NCBI GenBank assembly: GCA_030704615.1
Contig: CM060731.1
Location: 19,902,001-19,966,000 of the forward strand
Source: Takakia lepidozioides
Taxonomy: Eukaryota; Plantae; Bryophyta
Length of the DNA: 64,000 bases
Direction of reading: 5' to 3'
In this document: positions 51,927-64,000 of the stretch, one piece after another
Layout of the letters: the number at the start of each line of letters is the position of its first letter
Position numbering within the stretch: the first letter of the stretch is position 1
Position numbers and translations under genes: made by a program
The notes under the pieces: model-generated
Seen by the model: the letters and a program-made list of their open reading frames with translations, nothing else
Told to the model about the DNA's origin: nothing
The model's database searches: none

Positions 51927-54900
51927 ATGAAAAAGATCCGAATGGAACTCATGTTGGGGGAGGACACCGGGGAGGGAGAGGCCGGAGGAGAGGCAGAGGG
52001 AGAGGCCGGAGGAGCAGTTGCGCGACAGTCTCCAGAGGGTTTAGCCGCGGTGCAGAAGGAGCCCAACAAGCTACAATATTTTGAGGGTGGACAGGAGGAC
52101 GCCTGGACCCGCCTCCAACAACAATCTCAGGTAGTCCGCATAATGGAAGAGACACCGCCGAACGAAGTTCGTGGTTTTGTCACCCACCAGCCCGATCTTC
52201 TGGGACCTGTCCTCCCACACAAAGTGAAGGAGACGAGTCAGGCGGGAGATGCACCTTCGAGCGCTGCGAAGAAGCAAGCCGAGGTGCGTTTGTCGTTCCA
52301 TTTTCCTTAGTTTTTCAACGACAGTAGTGATTCAGTTTGTATGGTAGATCCCAATCAACCTTGCGTCAACGTAAGGTCGATTTGCTGCTAGCGGGAATGC
52401 CCGAGTCGTGAATGACGGACAATAAGATGGTTCTCTTGTACAACCCCTCAATCAACCTTGCGTCAACGCAAGGTTGATTCAGGTGACAGATACAGACATC
52501 CGAAACGAACTCTTGTGGCATGGAAGAAACATCCACGGCGGTTTTGGGCAGACCTTGCACAACCTTGCGTTGCCGCATGGTTGAATGGAGTGCCATTTCA
52601 ATGATTGTCACCAAGTACTGAAGCCCGCAAAACAACCTTGCGTTGACGCAAGGTTGTTTGGAAGTCATGTCGATGCCTGTTTTTGCTGCCGTTCCCACAC
52701 TTGCATGCCCAAGAATCAACCTTGCGTCAACGCAAGGTTGATTTTGGCCCGACTTGAGTGTCGTGGTTCTACTTTTTTTTAACGCTTGAAGCTTACAGAA
52801 CAACCTTGCGTTGACGCAAGATTGTTTTAAGAGTCCTGTCAATATCTCTCTTTGCCTTCACTCCCACCGTTGCAAGCCCACGAAACAACCTTGCGTCAAC
52901 ACAAGGTTGATTTGGGCTGCAGTCCAGTGTCGTTTTGTTCTACTTTATTTAAATGTTTGAAGCTCACAAAACAACCTTGCGTTGACGGGCTACAGTCCAG
53001 TGTCGTTTTGATCTAATTTTTTGAACGTTTGAAGCTCACAAAACAACCTTGCATTGACGCAAGGTAGTTTGGGAGTCCTGTCAATGTCTCTCTTTTATTA
53101 AACAAAATGACAGAAAAACATGCAGTGGCATGGCCCAAAACAACCTTGCGACAAATCAAAATGACACTAGACTGTAGCCCAAATAAACCTTGCGTTGACG
53201 CAAGGTTGTTTGTGGGGCTTGCAACGGTGGGAATGGAGGCAAAGAGAGACATTGACAGGACTCCCAAACTACCTTGCGTCAACACAAGGTTGTTTTGTGA
53301 GCTTCAAATGTTCAAAAAAGTAGATCAAAACGACACTGGACTGCAGCCCAAATCAACCTTGCGTTGACGCAAGGTTGTTTGTGGGGCTTGCAACAGACTT
53401 CGTGACTAATAAATCTTCCGGTTTTTAGAGGAAAAGGAAAAGGAAAAGGAAAGACCCTGCCAGAGACAAAGCAGAGGCAGAGTATGAAGATGATGAAGAT
53501 TGCGTTGACGAACGTTACGCAGACAGAGCAGAGGCTATTAGTGGGGGACAAAAGGTGAACTCTTCAAAGGTAATCATGTCAATGGAAATTCATGGGGGAG
53601 ATCTCCTTATCCCACTCTGCAGAATGATATCAATGCCCGCTGTCTGGCCAGCACTCAGAAACGACATGAGGAAACTCAAAAATGATTTTGTGCATGGGTA
53701 TGTGAAGTTCTATGTTTCCACAACTGACACAAGGGAGAAGAGTGCCCTGTATCAGAAGAGATTGAGCAAAGTTGGGATCCATGTTGGCGTGAAGTAAACA
53801 GGGAGTTCGAGGCAAACTATCCAAGAAGGCTTCCACGAAAGTTTTCATGGGGAAGATGTTTTTTGTATGGGATGGCAATCACCGCTTGCTTGCCTAGATG
53901 GACTACATATCCGAATTGCACTTTGACGAAAAGGATTGGCACTGGAGCGTTCATTCTATGGTCCTGGATCACATAGGACGAATCACACAGCTACTGACTG
54001 TCATGCACGACATCAACAAGTAAATTTTCCAAAGTTGTTGTGCGCCCACAACCAGGTCCCATGACTCAACTTGAAATGGAACTAAACGCCACTCAAGTAT
54101 TTCCTGAATTGTGTCGACCGCCTCCCCCTGTGGCCTCTTTCACTTCAGAACAAACCCTCTGTGACATAACTAAGTTCCCAAGTCCACCACCCCTTAGTAT
54201 GCGATATCCCACTAATGAGGTTGTTATTGTACATGCAGTAAGCACTGTCAGATCTTCCGTGACCCCAGCTAACTCAGTGCTTAAACATGGGACATAGCCT
54301 CCCACCCCCAATGCGATGGTTCTCGCAGTGCCTTCGCCCATGCGACCTTACCACATCTTGTTTGATGTGTTGATACACCTCACAGTACAGAGGCTACTAC
54401 ACAATTTCCTGGTGATGTAGAAGGTAGCGTCCGGGCATTCAATAAAAATGCAACCACTGTCACATTTGCCCACCAAACCCACTCCCATCCATACCATGGT
54501 TGCTGCCAAGGCAAAGGATGCGCTGCCCCAACCAGCACTTGCATTGCAGCGCAAACAAAACCATGTCCAGGTATCCAGTGCCATTGTGGTTTTTTGAATG
54601 TGAACGGTCTCTCCTCTCCAGATTGGAAATGATGTATGTATGACGTTGCACATGCATTGACATATTGGGCTCCTGGATGTGCAGGATATGTGATGGCTTC
54701 GAAAACGTATTGTGAGTTGCGACGTCCGTGCACCTTTTTTCATGCATGATATGGTATACCTTCCATCCACAGTTTGCAAGTGGCCCGCATGTGCATAATT
54801 ATGTGGGCGGATTCTCACAGCAATGAGGTATGTGCCTTTTTTGTAGGCGGGCCAGTGGTGCAGTGGTGGCAAAAACACATGACATATGGTTTTTGAAGGG

Positions 54901-55580
54901 CTCTCGGGTTTCGCAAGTTCCTCTTAGATTAGAAGATGTAGATGACTTGCTCTCTGCAAGGGGGTGGATCAGTGACCGTCTGATGGACTTCTGGGTGTCA
55001 GCTAAAATACTTTCTCTTCCTGAACATGTGTGCAATAAAATCCGTGTGCTAGATAGCTTCACATGGATATGCCTTCGCGATCATTGTGCAAAGCAGGCAA
55101 ATCAGGTCGATTCTGTACGGACTTGGATACAAAGACGGTTCCCCTTCCTCAGGATTGAGGGTGTTGTGCCAATTTTATGCAAGTGAGTGTCATGTGTACG
55201 CATTTCTAGCTTCTTGTTACCGTACCTTGGATGAAGGCGGTGCTCCATTGCCACATGTGGACTACCCTGTTGTTATTGCCCTGCTGTGCAATGACCATTA
55301 GAGTCTGGTTATTTTGGAACTGTCTCGCTACCTTCACTTGAATAGCATAAGACGTTTGCACAAGCACCGTGCTTTCAAGCCATTGTTTGCTACTTTCCGG
55401 GCCATGGTCAGAGGAATCAGCCCAGAAAGCCCATAGTGGAAGGATGCTACTGACCTCAAGCGGTGGTTGTGCCCGCCTGTTCCACAGCAGACCAACACAT
55501 GGCAGTGTGGTCTGTTTGTAGCTCATTACATTGATTTGTACTTCGAGCAAACGTACTTGAATCCACAACCTCGGTAAGAG
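51927..55580 (+). pseudogene. Transposon accessory gene: NLS, ParB/Srx-like domain and Ulp1 (C48) protease, degraded
   Basis: Exon 1 ends at 52283 (GT) and exon 2 starts at 53429 (AG) in frame: RKRKRKRK…IPLCRM…FFVWDGNHRLLA. Downstream: GWISDRLMDFW, VLDSFTW, NDH*SL, VPQQTNTWQCGLFV. Whether the two domains form one gene is uncertain. Confidence 0.7.
52350..53392. repeat. Array of about 13 palindromes AACCTTGCGTYRACGCAAGGTT, period about 84-85 bp, with an internal inversion
   Basis: Copies start at about 52357, 52454, 52561, 52634, 52718, 52802, 52887, 52973 (partial), 53045, 53142 (half), 53186, 53270 and 53355. Two spacer types alternate. Confidence 0.93.
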
Positions 55581-58500
55581 GCAGCTGGTGGTGGTTTACA
55601 TGATGATTTGCCTCCTATTTTAGTTGTGGACTATCAGGTGCTCGCACAATGTACTGAATCCATGTATCGGGTAGAATGACGCTTCAGTTACAATCATTTA
55701 TCACTTACAATGAACATGTAGATCCTTCCGAAAAATGTATGAATGTCTTCCAATGATCATTGCTTGTTCATTCTTTTGCTTTTGCATTCTTTGTTTTTCT
55801 TTCTTTGCAACTCACATCAGACTGGTTCCCTGCTGAGGCCGTGTGCGAGAAAATGTACGAACTTCAAGACATTATTTTGCACGAGCTTGACGGTCACCCA
55901 TCGCACGAGCCTCCATATGCACACGATGTAAACGTCCCAGGAAAGTCGGTAAAGTGTTGTGACATTGGATACAATTGACTACAGAAAGTATTATTTATTA
56001 ATTGTGGGGCTTTCAGGCCTTCTGTCCTGCCAGGGTTATGGGTGTACAAATTCATACATTGTTGCGAGATGTCTACCTTCCTGTTCTGAATTTTGTGGTC
56101 CTTTGCTTCCCACAACTGTGTGTTATTCTTTTTACAGGCAGCTCATTTCCGACCGTCAGTGCACGTTCTCTGCTTTGTTTTGTAAGTTCGCTTCAATCCT
56201 TCTTTCCTACCCCCAGGCAACCCTTCTCTACATTGGGGTCATGCTATTTCGGGATGTCTCTTCCTTGTCTCTAATGTTTTTTTATTCACGGGCATGCTGT
56301 TCATGACCATGATGGCAGCCAATGGGATCCCCTCTACCCCACAATGTGAACACACTTACTTCACAGTGCCACATTAGTGTTCCGTTTCCTTGCTTACATG
56401 TACTGTGTAGTGACATAATGCCCAATACTTCGGACTAGGACTGTTTCAACAAGTATATGTTGAGAAGCACTGGTAAATGTGGTATTTCAATGTAGCTCCC
56501 TACTTGCAACACATGCCTACATTGCAAATACAAGCAAGCCAGCAACTGCATGTAATGGAAATTGCTGACACATGCACATACCATTCCATGCAACAGTCGT
56601 AAATGGGCATAATGGACACCCCAATACAATCAGTCTTTCTCACAATCACATGAATGTTATTGTGCCGGTGCCAGTGTGGCAATTGGTCTCTGAGCTATGA
56701 TATAAAATATAACTCGTGCCAAGCACTTGTTCTCTACACGCCAGGAAGTCCAGTGTGTTGCACAATGGTAAATCAACGAAGTGTAGGGTTCTCTATGCTA
56801 CATGCCCTGATTTCCCAACTATTGCCCCCACACCCTTTATATGCTCAAACTGACCATAGCTGCAATCAGACTTCCCTAATGGCAACAATGCAGGAACTAA
56901 TGCATCATGCAAGTACGATTCCAGACACAAAAACCAAGCAGTGACCCAAACAGTCGATTTTTACTTCTTCATCAGTATAATCCTTCCTCTACACAAAAAT
57001 ACCGAGAGCTTAAAGCCCAAGTCTCTCCTTCATGTCACCATCACCACCTCCACTTCTCTACCTCACTACCATCTCCCAAAAGCAAGAAAAAGCACCTTCT
57101 CACAAAACTGCCTTAAAACCCAAACCCCATTTGCTTGTGCAATTACTACACCTGCAGCTCCTATAGTCGACCACATCAACTAGCCCTATCTGGAAAACTA
57201 ACTCAGCCGCCATAGTAGATACTGACTAAGGAACAGGAAAGTAAATCGCAACCAAAAACTAAGGCATGTAGGCTGATGTCTGCTCCAGAATACAAAGTGT
57301 CAGCAGCTCGCCATACCCGTGCTTCTGTGCTTGCATGAAGACGCCGTCACTTATAAATCCCGCCGATCTAGGGCACATGGATGTCTTCATCCAATGAGTC
57401 ATAATTCATCCATCACTGCCATTCATCCAACTACTTAAATGCTGTAAAATCTTAAGTACTTAGCCCATCAAACAGCTGTAATAAAAATAACCACATATTC
57501 ACACTACAATGGTCCATATATTTTCCTGTCTATGGCACAATGTTTGAACACATGGGCCTCTCCAATCCCCCATCTCTCTTCCCCCCTATCTTTGTTCAAA
57601 CATATGAAAGGATTGAATATGGTGATGTTTCCCCTCGTCGTATACCTGCTCTCCTCCATCTTCACCGAAGCCTATGCACTTCTCTACAACAATGGTGCCT
57701 GACAACTTTAAAAAAAAAAACTGTTGAAATGTCCTTTCATACTTCGGCCCACATCCCTATCTCCCAAGGAATCTCCAGTTCTTCGCTTCATCCATTTAAG
57801 GGACCTGAGATCTGATAAATGCTTGAGGTTGTAAAAGTGGAAAAAATGTGGATACTAATGCACCAGCCCATACCCATGTTTTGGTGAGCAAAGAAATTAG
57901 TCGTAGGATTGACTCACTAAAAGAACTACTACACATCCATCAATTAAAAATGTTGAAGGTAACCAATTCAAGATAGAAAGACAAGATATAAACTTTTGAA
58001 CTAATGCTTAAAATTGAATATGATTGCGATGAAAATACTACAATATAAATAATTGAGAGAATTTGATAAAGACTTTATAACCAAGGGAGGTGCATTCATG
58101 GTAGATTTTATGTGGGGGAGTTATAATATGGACTTACCATTTATTGACAGTGATGTATGGTCTCTTCTTTAGAGGGGAGCCAACAAATGGCTAGTGGCTC
58201 CTCCTTGTGAATAGTGAAACCCATTTTCATCTATAATAAAAATGAAAAATCATCTGTTTTTTTTCATCAGTTGTTCAATAACATGGATATTACTTAAAGC
58301 AGGTGTTACCTGGAGAAGGCACATAATGGAAATAAGAGGAGGTGACATGTAGGCCGGAAGACACAACATGGGCTTGCGATTTATGACATTGATGCGTAGT
58401 CTCCTCGTTAGAATAAAGAAGAGCCAATAAATGCTTACAAGGCGGCTGCCCTTGTCTCTTGTTTAATTTTTTAAGAGAAAAAACTATTTGAGTTTCTAGA

Positions 58501-59499
58501 GACTTTTGTTGGCCAAAAAAAAAAGAAAAAAGGGCCTAATGGCAGCCTTCGGGCACTCAAGGGTTTTATTTTTTCTCCCTTCAATAACTCTCAATAAAGC
58601 TCCGAAGGGCTTCCTCCCCTTTTCCTAAGCAAAAAAAAAGAAAAAGAAACCGTAAAAAAATTACAAAAACAAATCTGAATTCATCTCCAAATTTTTTCCC
58701 TGGATGGATATCTTATGCAAAGAAGTGTATTATTGTGAGCACAATTTTCTAGAGTGAGCACATTTTTGTTTTGCTTTGTTGTTTCTTTTTGTAAGAAGGG
58801 ATGGGCACATTTTCGTTTTTTTTTTTTTTCCCCCCAACAGGGGAATTGTATCCCTGTTTAACTTACTTTATTATAAAATATTTTGGGTAGGCGAAAAAAC
58901 CACCTTACAAGTTATTTCTATTTATTCGGGGGAAAAAAATTAAAACCCCTTTTTCGTTAAGTTAGTTCCCTATAACATATTTTTTTGTGCATATTCCTAA
59001 AAATATGTGGAGTATCCTATTTTGCTCATACCCCACATAGATTCCTAGAATATTCTTTGTTCCAGTGGTTTGGGTGGGGTAATGCTCAGGGTCTGGCAAT
59101 TTTTATTTTTATTTTTATTTTTAATAAAGGTCTGGCAATTATATCGTTCTACAATAAACTAAATGGCCAACGCCTTTTATTAGGAAAAAAAGAAAAAAAG
59201 AAAAGTTTATATAGGTATATATTCCTATAATAGTCCGTGAGCACAGCTTCATATGTCAAGTTTCCTCACTTTACAACACATTTGTGAAGGCAAGCTTGAA
59301 ACCCTAACAGTCCTGAAACCCTCAGATTGGAAGTAGGTGCTGGAGATATGAATAAGAAGCAGGATGCATGCAAACATCTTACCATTCAACTGGTGACACG
59401 CTTCGGATTTCTCTAAGTGTTTTTCAATACTAGTACCTTTGAGTGCAAAACAAACTTGAAGATTTGCTGTGAGAGAGAGAGAGTAGAGAGTGAGCAGCT

Positions 59500-60609
59500 A
59501 TGGCGACGGAGGAAGAGCTGGAGATTCCAGAGGCCAGCTTGAGGAATGTGATGGAGCAGGATCAGCTGAAGTGGATCTTTGTGGGAGGAAAGGGTGGGGT
59601 GGGGAAGACGACATGCAGCTGCATGCTAGCCGTGCTTCTGGCCAAGGTGAGGGCAACTGTGCTGCTAATTTCCACGGATCCTGCGCACAACCTTAGCGAT
59701 GCTTTCTGTCAGAAGTTCACGCGTGCCCCATCGTTGGTGAAGGGATTTTCGAACCTTTTCGCCATGGAAGTGGATCCAACCGTGGAGAGTGATGAGTTGG
59801 AGCAGATGGAGGGGGTTGGGGGATTTGTGTCAGAATTGACGAATGCAATTCCTGGGATTGATGAGGCCATGAGCTTTGCTGAGATGTTGAAACTTGTTCA
59901 GACCATGGACTATTCGGTTATCGTGTTTGACACGGCGCCCACAGGCCACACACTTCGCTTGCTGCAGTTTCCGTCAACTCTGGAAAAAGGGCTGGGCAAG
60001 ATGATGAGTTTGAAGAACAAATTTGGTGGCTTGATTACTCAGGTATCGCGGATGTTCGGGGTAGGGGATGAGTTTGCAGAGGATGCTCTGTTAGAGAAAT
60101 TGGACAGCATTAAGCTCGTTATTGAGCAGGTTAATGAGCAATTTCGCAACCCTGATGTGACAACCTTCATCTGCGTTTGCATACCGGAGTTCCTTTCCTT
60201 GTATGAGACCGAGAGGTTGGTTCAGGAGCTGACACGGTTTGAGATCGACACTCACAATATCATCATTAACCAAGTGCTTTTCTCAGAAGATGCAGAAGGG
60301 TCCCAATTGCTGCAAGCACGGGTTCGGATGCAGCAGAAGTATCTCGATCAGTTCCGTGAACTCTATGAGGATTTTCATATCACAAGTTTGCCACTTCTTC
60401 CAAATGAGGTTCGTGGAGTCGAGGCTCTTACATCGTTTGGCGTAAATTTGTGCACGCCTTACAGGCCCGCAGCAGGTTCTGCAGAGGGCGTTGTAAATGG
60501 AAGGATCCGGGAATTAGAAGAGGAGACAGCCACACTACGTGCACTTGTCTCGGAGTTACGGGCTGAGTTAGAGAAGTCACGCAAGGGCAAGCAACCGGTG
60601 GAAAGTTGA
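59500..60609 (+). CDS. GET3: GET3/ASNA1 (ArsA-family) ATPase for tail-anchored protein insertion, GET3a-type, intronless
   Basis: Intact 369-aa ORF: [57 protein letters not shown]. Confidence 0.97.
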   Translation: MATEEELEIPEASLRNVMEQDQLKWIFVGGKGGVGKTTCSCMLAVLLAKVRATVLLISTDPAHNLSDAFCQKFTRAPSLVKGFSNLFAMEVDPTVESDELEQMEGVGGFVSELTNAIPGIDEAMSFAEMLKLVQTMDYSVIVFDTAPTGHTLRLLQFPSTLEKGLGKMMSLKNKFGGLITQVSRMFGVGDEFAEDALLEKLDSIKLVIEQVNEQFRNPDVTTFICVCIPEFLSLYETERLVQELTRFEIDTHNIIINQVLFSEDAEGSQLLQARVRMQQKYLDQFRELYEDFHITSLPLLPNEVRGVEALTSFGVNLCTPYRPAAGSAEGVVNGRIRELEEETATLRALVSELRAELEKSRKGKQPVES

Positions 60610-61609
60610 GTTTATCTTTTGCTGGCTCGTTCAAAGGTATTTCATATGTTTCTCGGCGATACATCCACAACTGCACAAGTCGGTCGAAAGTGCACTATCG
60701 CTGTTTAGACTGGTCTAGAAACTGCCCCAAACCTACATTTTGTGCATCCTTTCTCATATTCACCAATTGAGGACAATTTTGTATGACTTGAATTACTGTT
60801 TTGTTTGCTGCTTCTGAGATCATTTCTAGAAACGAAGGTACATCCTTGTGTTAGTTCTTCACTCAGTCGGAGCTCAGCACTCTGTGTATGTGAGGGTTTT
60901 GATGCTTCTGCAGTGTCTCTGTGGTCTAAACGTCTTACCAGGTTTGAGGACATGTTACATTAACTGAATCTCTTGAAAGCTAATTAGATTTCAGCAGAAA
61001 ATACCTGAGATTTCTGGCAGGCCTTTGAGAGTGTATTCTCCCCATGGCTACTATGCATATGCTAGAGGGTGAAATACTACAAAAGTTCTGGGGGTGTTGA
61101 TCCACAGTTAGCGTGGCTCTGGTATTATCCCGATAAGGACAGGGCTCAAGTGTGCTGAGGGATCTGATCATCCTGTGGAAAGTTGCCATTGGTGCAGACC
61201 TTTGTTTTGCACTGGCATTTATGGATGTGTGGTCAATGGAGGCTGCGTCATACCCCACCATGTTACCTGTTAACCTTAAATCTGTAGCCTTAGTTTCTGT
61301 TGTATATCCATATGGCTTTGGAGCTTGAGTAGCAACAGCAGGGATAGTGGCATTCAATGGCCTAGGCAAGATCTTCTCGTAGGTTTCCACTTTTCTTTGA
61401 TGTCATCAAGATTATAACAAAAGTTCTAGGCTTTTTTTTGTGTTGGATATATTAAATCAGTTGTTGCTTCTTGAATGGAGGAGTCCAGTTCTCAGTATGG
61501 TGTGAGTATTAAGTGAACAGAAGAACCCTTGACACTTGGATGGAATCTATTCATATCTGTGGGCCAATCTTTACAAATTGAGCTGATGGGTGCTTGATTT
61601 GGCTCTGCA

Positions 61610-61782
61610 GATTTTGCAACCCTAGCATGACCAAGTTGAGGCTTTTGGTACCAAAGCCAGCCCCGACTGCAGAAAACTAGGCCACTGAGCCAGAGGACTG
61701 CTTAAATGGACCCACAGAGGCTTGCGGAGAAAAAACCTGTCCATGAACCTGTGGACATTAACAGCTTGCATCTGCACCTGAT
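61610..61782 (+). pseudogene. Isolated HSP110 last-exon fragment
   Basis: cag|attttgcaaccctagcatgaccaag…ccaaagccagcc…cctgtccatgaa…gcacctgat aligns with 31476-31640. Confidence 0.7.
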
Positions 61783-63124
61783 AGAATGAAATGCAGACAG
61801 AATAGGTAAGACTGGAGGAAGCCTGCTGGCATGTTTGTCTATGCTAATGACTAATTGACTAGGTATCTGTCTTTTCCTTCTCTTCCTCCTTGTGGCGTGC
61901 TTTCAAAAGAGTCATGTCTTTTTGACGTTCTTCCTAGTGCTTCACTGGGCCTCTTGGAATAATTGTCATAGAAGGAATGCACATTTGGGTCTATGTAAGC
62001 TTGAAATGGCTGTCATAAAAGGGATTGGCTGATCAACATACACTTGATGGATTTATGTAAGCTAGGCATAGATGCAGTGATCTGTGTGCTGCAGGTACCG
62101 AATTGGTAGGTAGTGGAATGAGCATTTGAGAGCAGTGACAGAGAGCTCCGGAGGGACAGCCACATATGTGGCTCTTGTTAGTAAGTGTGGGTGGTGATGA
62201 TTGATGACCACAGTCCAGCAATAAAGGCAACAAGAGATTTTTTCTATTTATATGCAAGATTCTGGTATTCATTTGGTTATGTGGGTATCACTTGTTTGCA
62301 TCTGTGCTGCTTGCCATCTCTTTGCAAGGGTAGGTGAGGTTTCATGGTCCCCTTCAAATGGGCTGGAGTGTTTTGAGGATGTTCAACATGGTTATCTTAA
62401 CAGGTGATTGAAAGTTGGCAATGGGTGCCAATGCAGAAGGCATGCAAGATAAGATGTATGTTTTATGTCACAGGATGAGATACTCTTGTGAAATTAGGCA
62501 ACATTTTCTTGAACATTTCTTGAATGTTGTGAATCATGTAGAGTAGGGGTAGTTAATTGATTAGTGGAAGTAGTTGCTCTAAATTTTGATGTCAGTTCTC
62601 AGCCCTCTACAGTTTTGTCCCTAAGGAGGGTTGCTTTTACATCTAGAAGGAGGATGCATGCAAGATGGAGCAGGACTACTAATCTGCAACACCTTTCTCC
62701 TTAGTAGATATAGATCCTTCACCAATACCCACGCATTCAGTAGCTGAAAACAACAGAAGGAAAGGAAAGGAAAGGAAGTTTAACATCTACAGATCATGCA
62801 GTTCTATGCACAGACCATTGAGTGCTACACATGGACGGATGTTTCTTTACTGAGAGTGGAACCCACGATTACCTGGTTGTGCACAGGCAGGGCACAAACA
62901 CCCAAGCCCATCCAATGGCAAGCACGGGAGAGCGGAGGGGGGAGGGGGGACGCTAGGGCTGGAAATGGACGTTTAGATTGGAAGAAGCAGTGTTTAAGCC
63001 CTTCAGTGCAGACCAATTGAGTGGGTATGTATCGGGAGTGTGAAAAATAGTGGCTAGCCACCATAATCATAATACCGGCTTCAAGAAGTAGACCTTCAAA
63101 ATGAGTGCTGTCGCAAAACGTACT

Positions 63125-63945
63125 TCACTGGAAAATTTTATGGAGGCCCACAAAAAGATCCGAGGAAATCGACAGAAGCAATGGCAGGTTGGGGTGCCAG
63201 GCGGCCTTAAAGACCCTCTTCTGATGGACATTGAGAGTCTGCACAGGTTCCCTACTATTATACCTGATGTCAAAAACATGGATCTTGGGGTCTGTAGACC
63301 CTGATGCACAATACAGGCCGTCCGGGGACCATGACTGGGAGACGTAGCCCGATTGTGTCTCACCAGCTTCTTGTATCCAGCCAAACGCATGCAGCTCTGT
63401 TCTTTGCACCCTTATGTCGAACAATCGCAGCTGCTGTGCTACGGTCCTGTGTACAGTTCACAGCAGAGGTGATTATCTTCCTGTTTTCCAAGGGAAGGGA
63501 GGGAGGAGAGACAGATGTTAAATGACTAGACTGACAGAGCAAGACCAGAGAAAGAAGGCCCTTGAAGCAGGACAGGAAGAAAGAGGGGATGGGGCTACTG
63601 CCACAATGACTATGGACCATTCCCAGCGTACTCTCAGATGCAGATACCATCACTCATTCTTCTTGGCAAATGAATTATTGTATCATGCCTATGGAACTCG
63701 TGAGTGAAATTGCAGAGATTGTTGCTCTGACAGTAATCTCACTACGACAACACAAATTCTTGACGAAAAATATCTGGACTTTCTATGTACTTAAGTAAAG
63801 GGGAGGGCAACCCACCCAGTTTGCACCATGAAAAGGTTGAAGTCTGCAGGATTGGGCAGCACTCCCAACGCCTTGCTCTCCAACATGTGCTGGAATACTG
63901 TTCTTCCATGCCCAGGATCCACTGCAAACAAGCGCTTGTCCATCC
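63125..63945 (-). CDS. WD40-repeat protein, last two exons (gene continues beyond the window)
   Basis: Exons 63945-63816 and 63446-63125 join in phase 2: …PNPADFNLFMVQTG/TVAQQLRLFDIR…WSPDGLYCASGSTDPKIHVFDIR…HQKRVFKAAWHP…stop. Confidence 0.88.
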
Positions 63946-64000
63946 CTGCAGTTCAAAATAAACAAACTGTCATGTTGATGTATGTTTGAGGGCCGACAGG

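Noticed and set aside
52350-53392. CRISPR array (regularly spaced palindromic repeats)
   Set aside because: The spacers are two recurring types rather than unique, the array inverts internally, no cas genes are present, and it lies in a eukaryotic intron.
60705-61390. Minus-strand ORFs downstream of GET3
   Set aside because: No recognisable domains; likely antisense to the 3'UTR or intergenic sequence.

Overview
A TE-dense window from a land-plant genome, probably a bryophyte (inferred from PLS-type PPR motifs, a plant-type GET3a and intron-rich genes), with a 500-N scaffold gap at 10642-11141. Host genes: a DUF1639 gene (-), a multi-exon MEE13/At2g14680-like coiled-coil gene (+), an intronless GET3/ASNA1 ATPase (+) and the 3' end of a WD40 gene (-). 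PPR, HSP110 and FBL3-like LRR sequences are present only as pseudogene fragments. Main result: two diverged, degraded copies of an LTR-type retrotransposon (Ty3/Gypsy inferred) whose Gag-protease reading frame runs on into a DNMT3-like C5 cytosine methyltransferase. Motifs I, IV, VI, VIII, IX and X are visible in copy 1, and both copies have an extra upstream ORF. Second result: a Mutator-like element with a divergent accessory gene carrying a ParB/Srx-like DGNHR motif and a Ulp1 protease, whose intron holds a phased array of about 13 palindromes of 22 bp. Also present: a Penelope-like RT remnant, LINEs (one with a clean TSD), a Tourist MITE, a CACTA end and Gypsy fragments. All calls come from reading the sequence by eye, with no database searches; boundaries are approximate unless stated.
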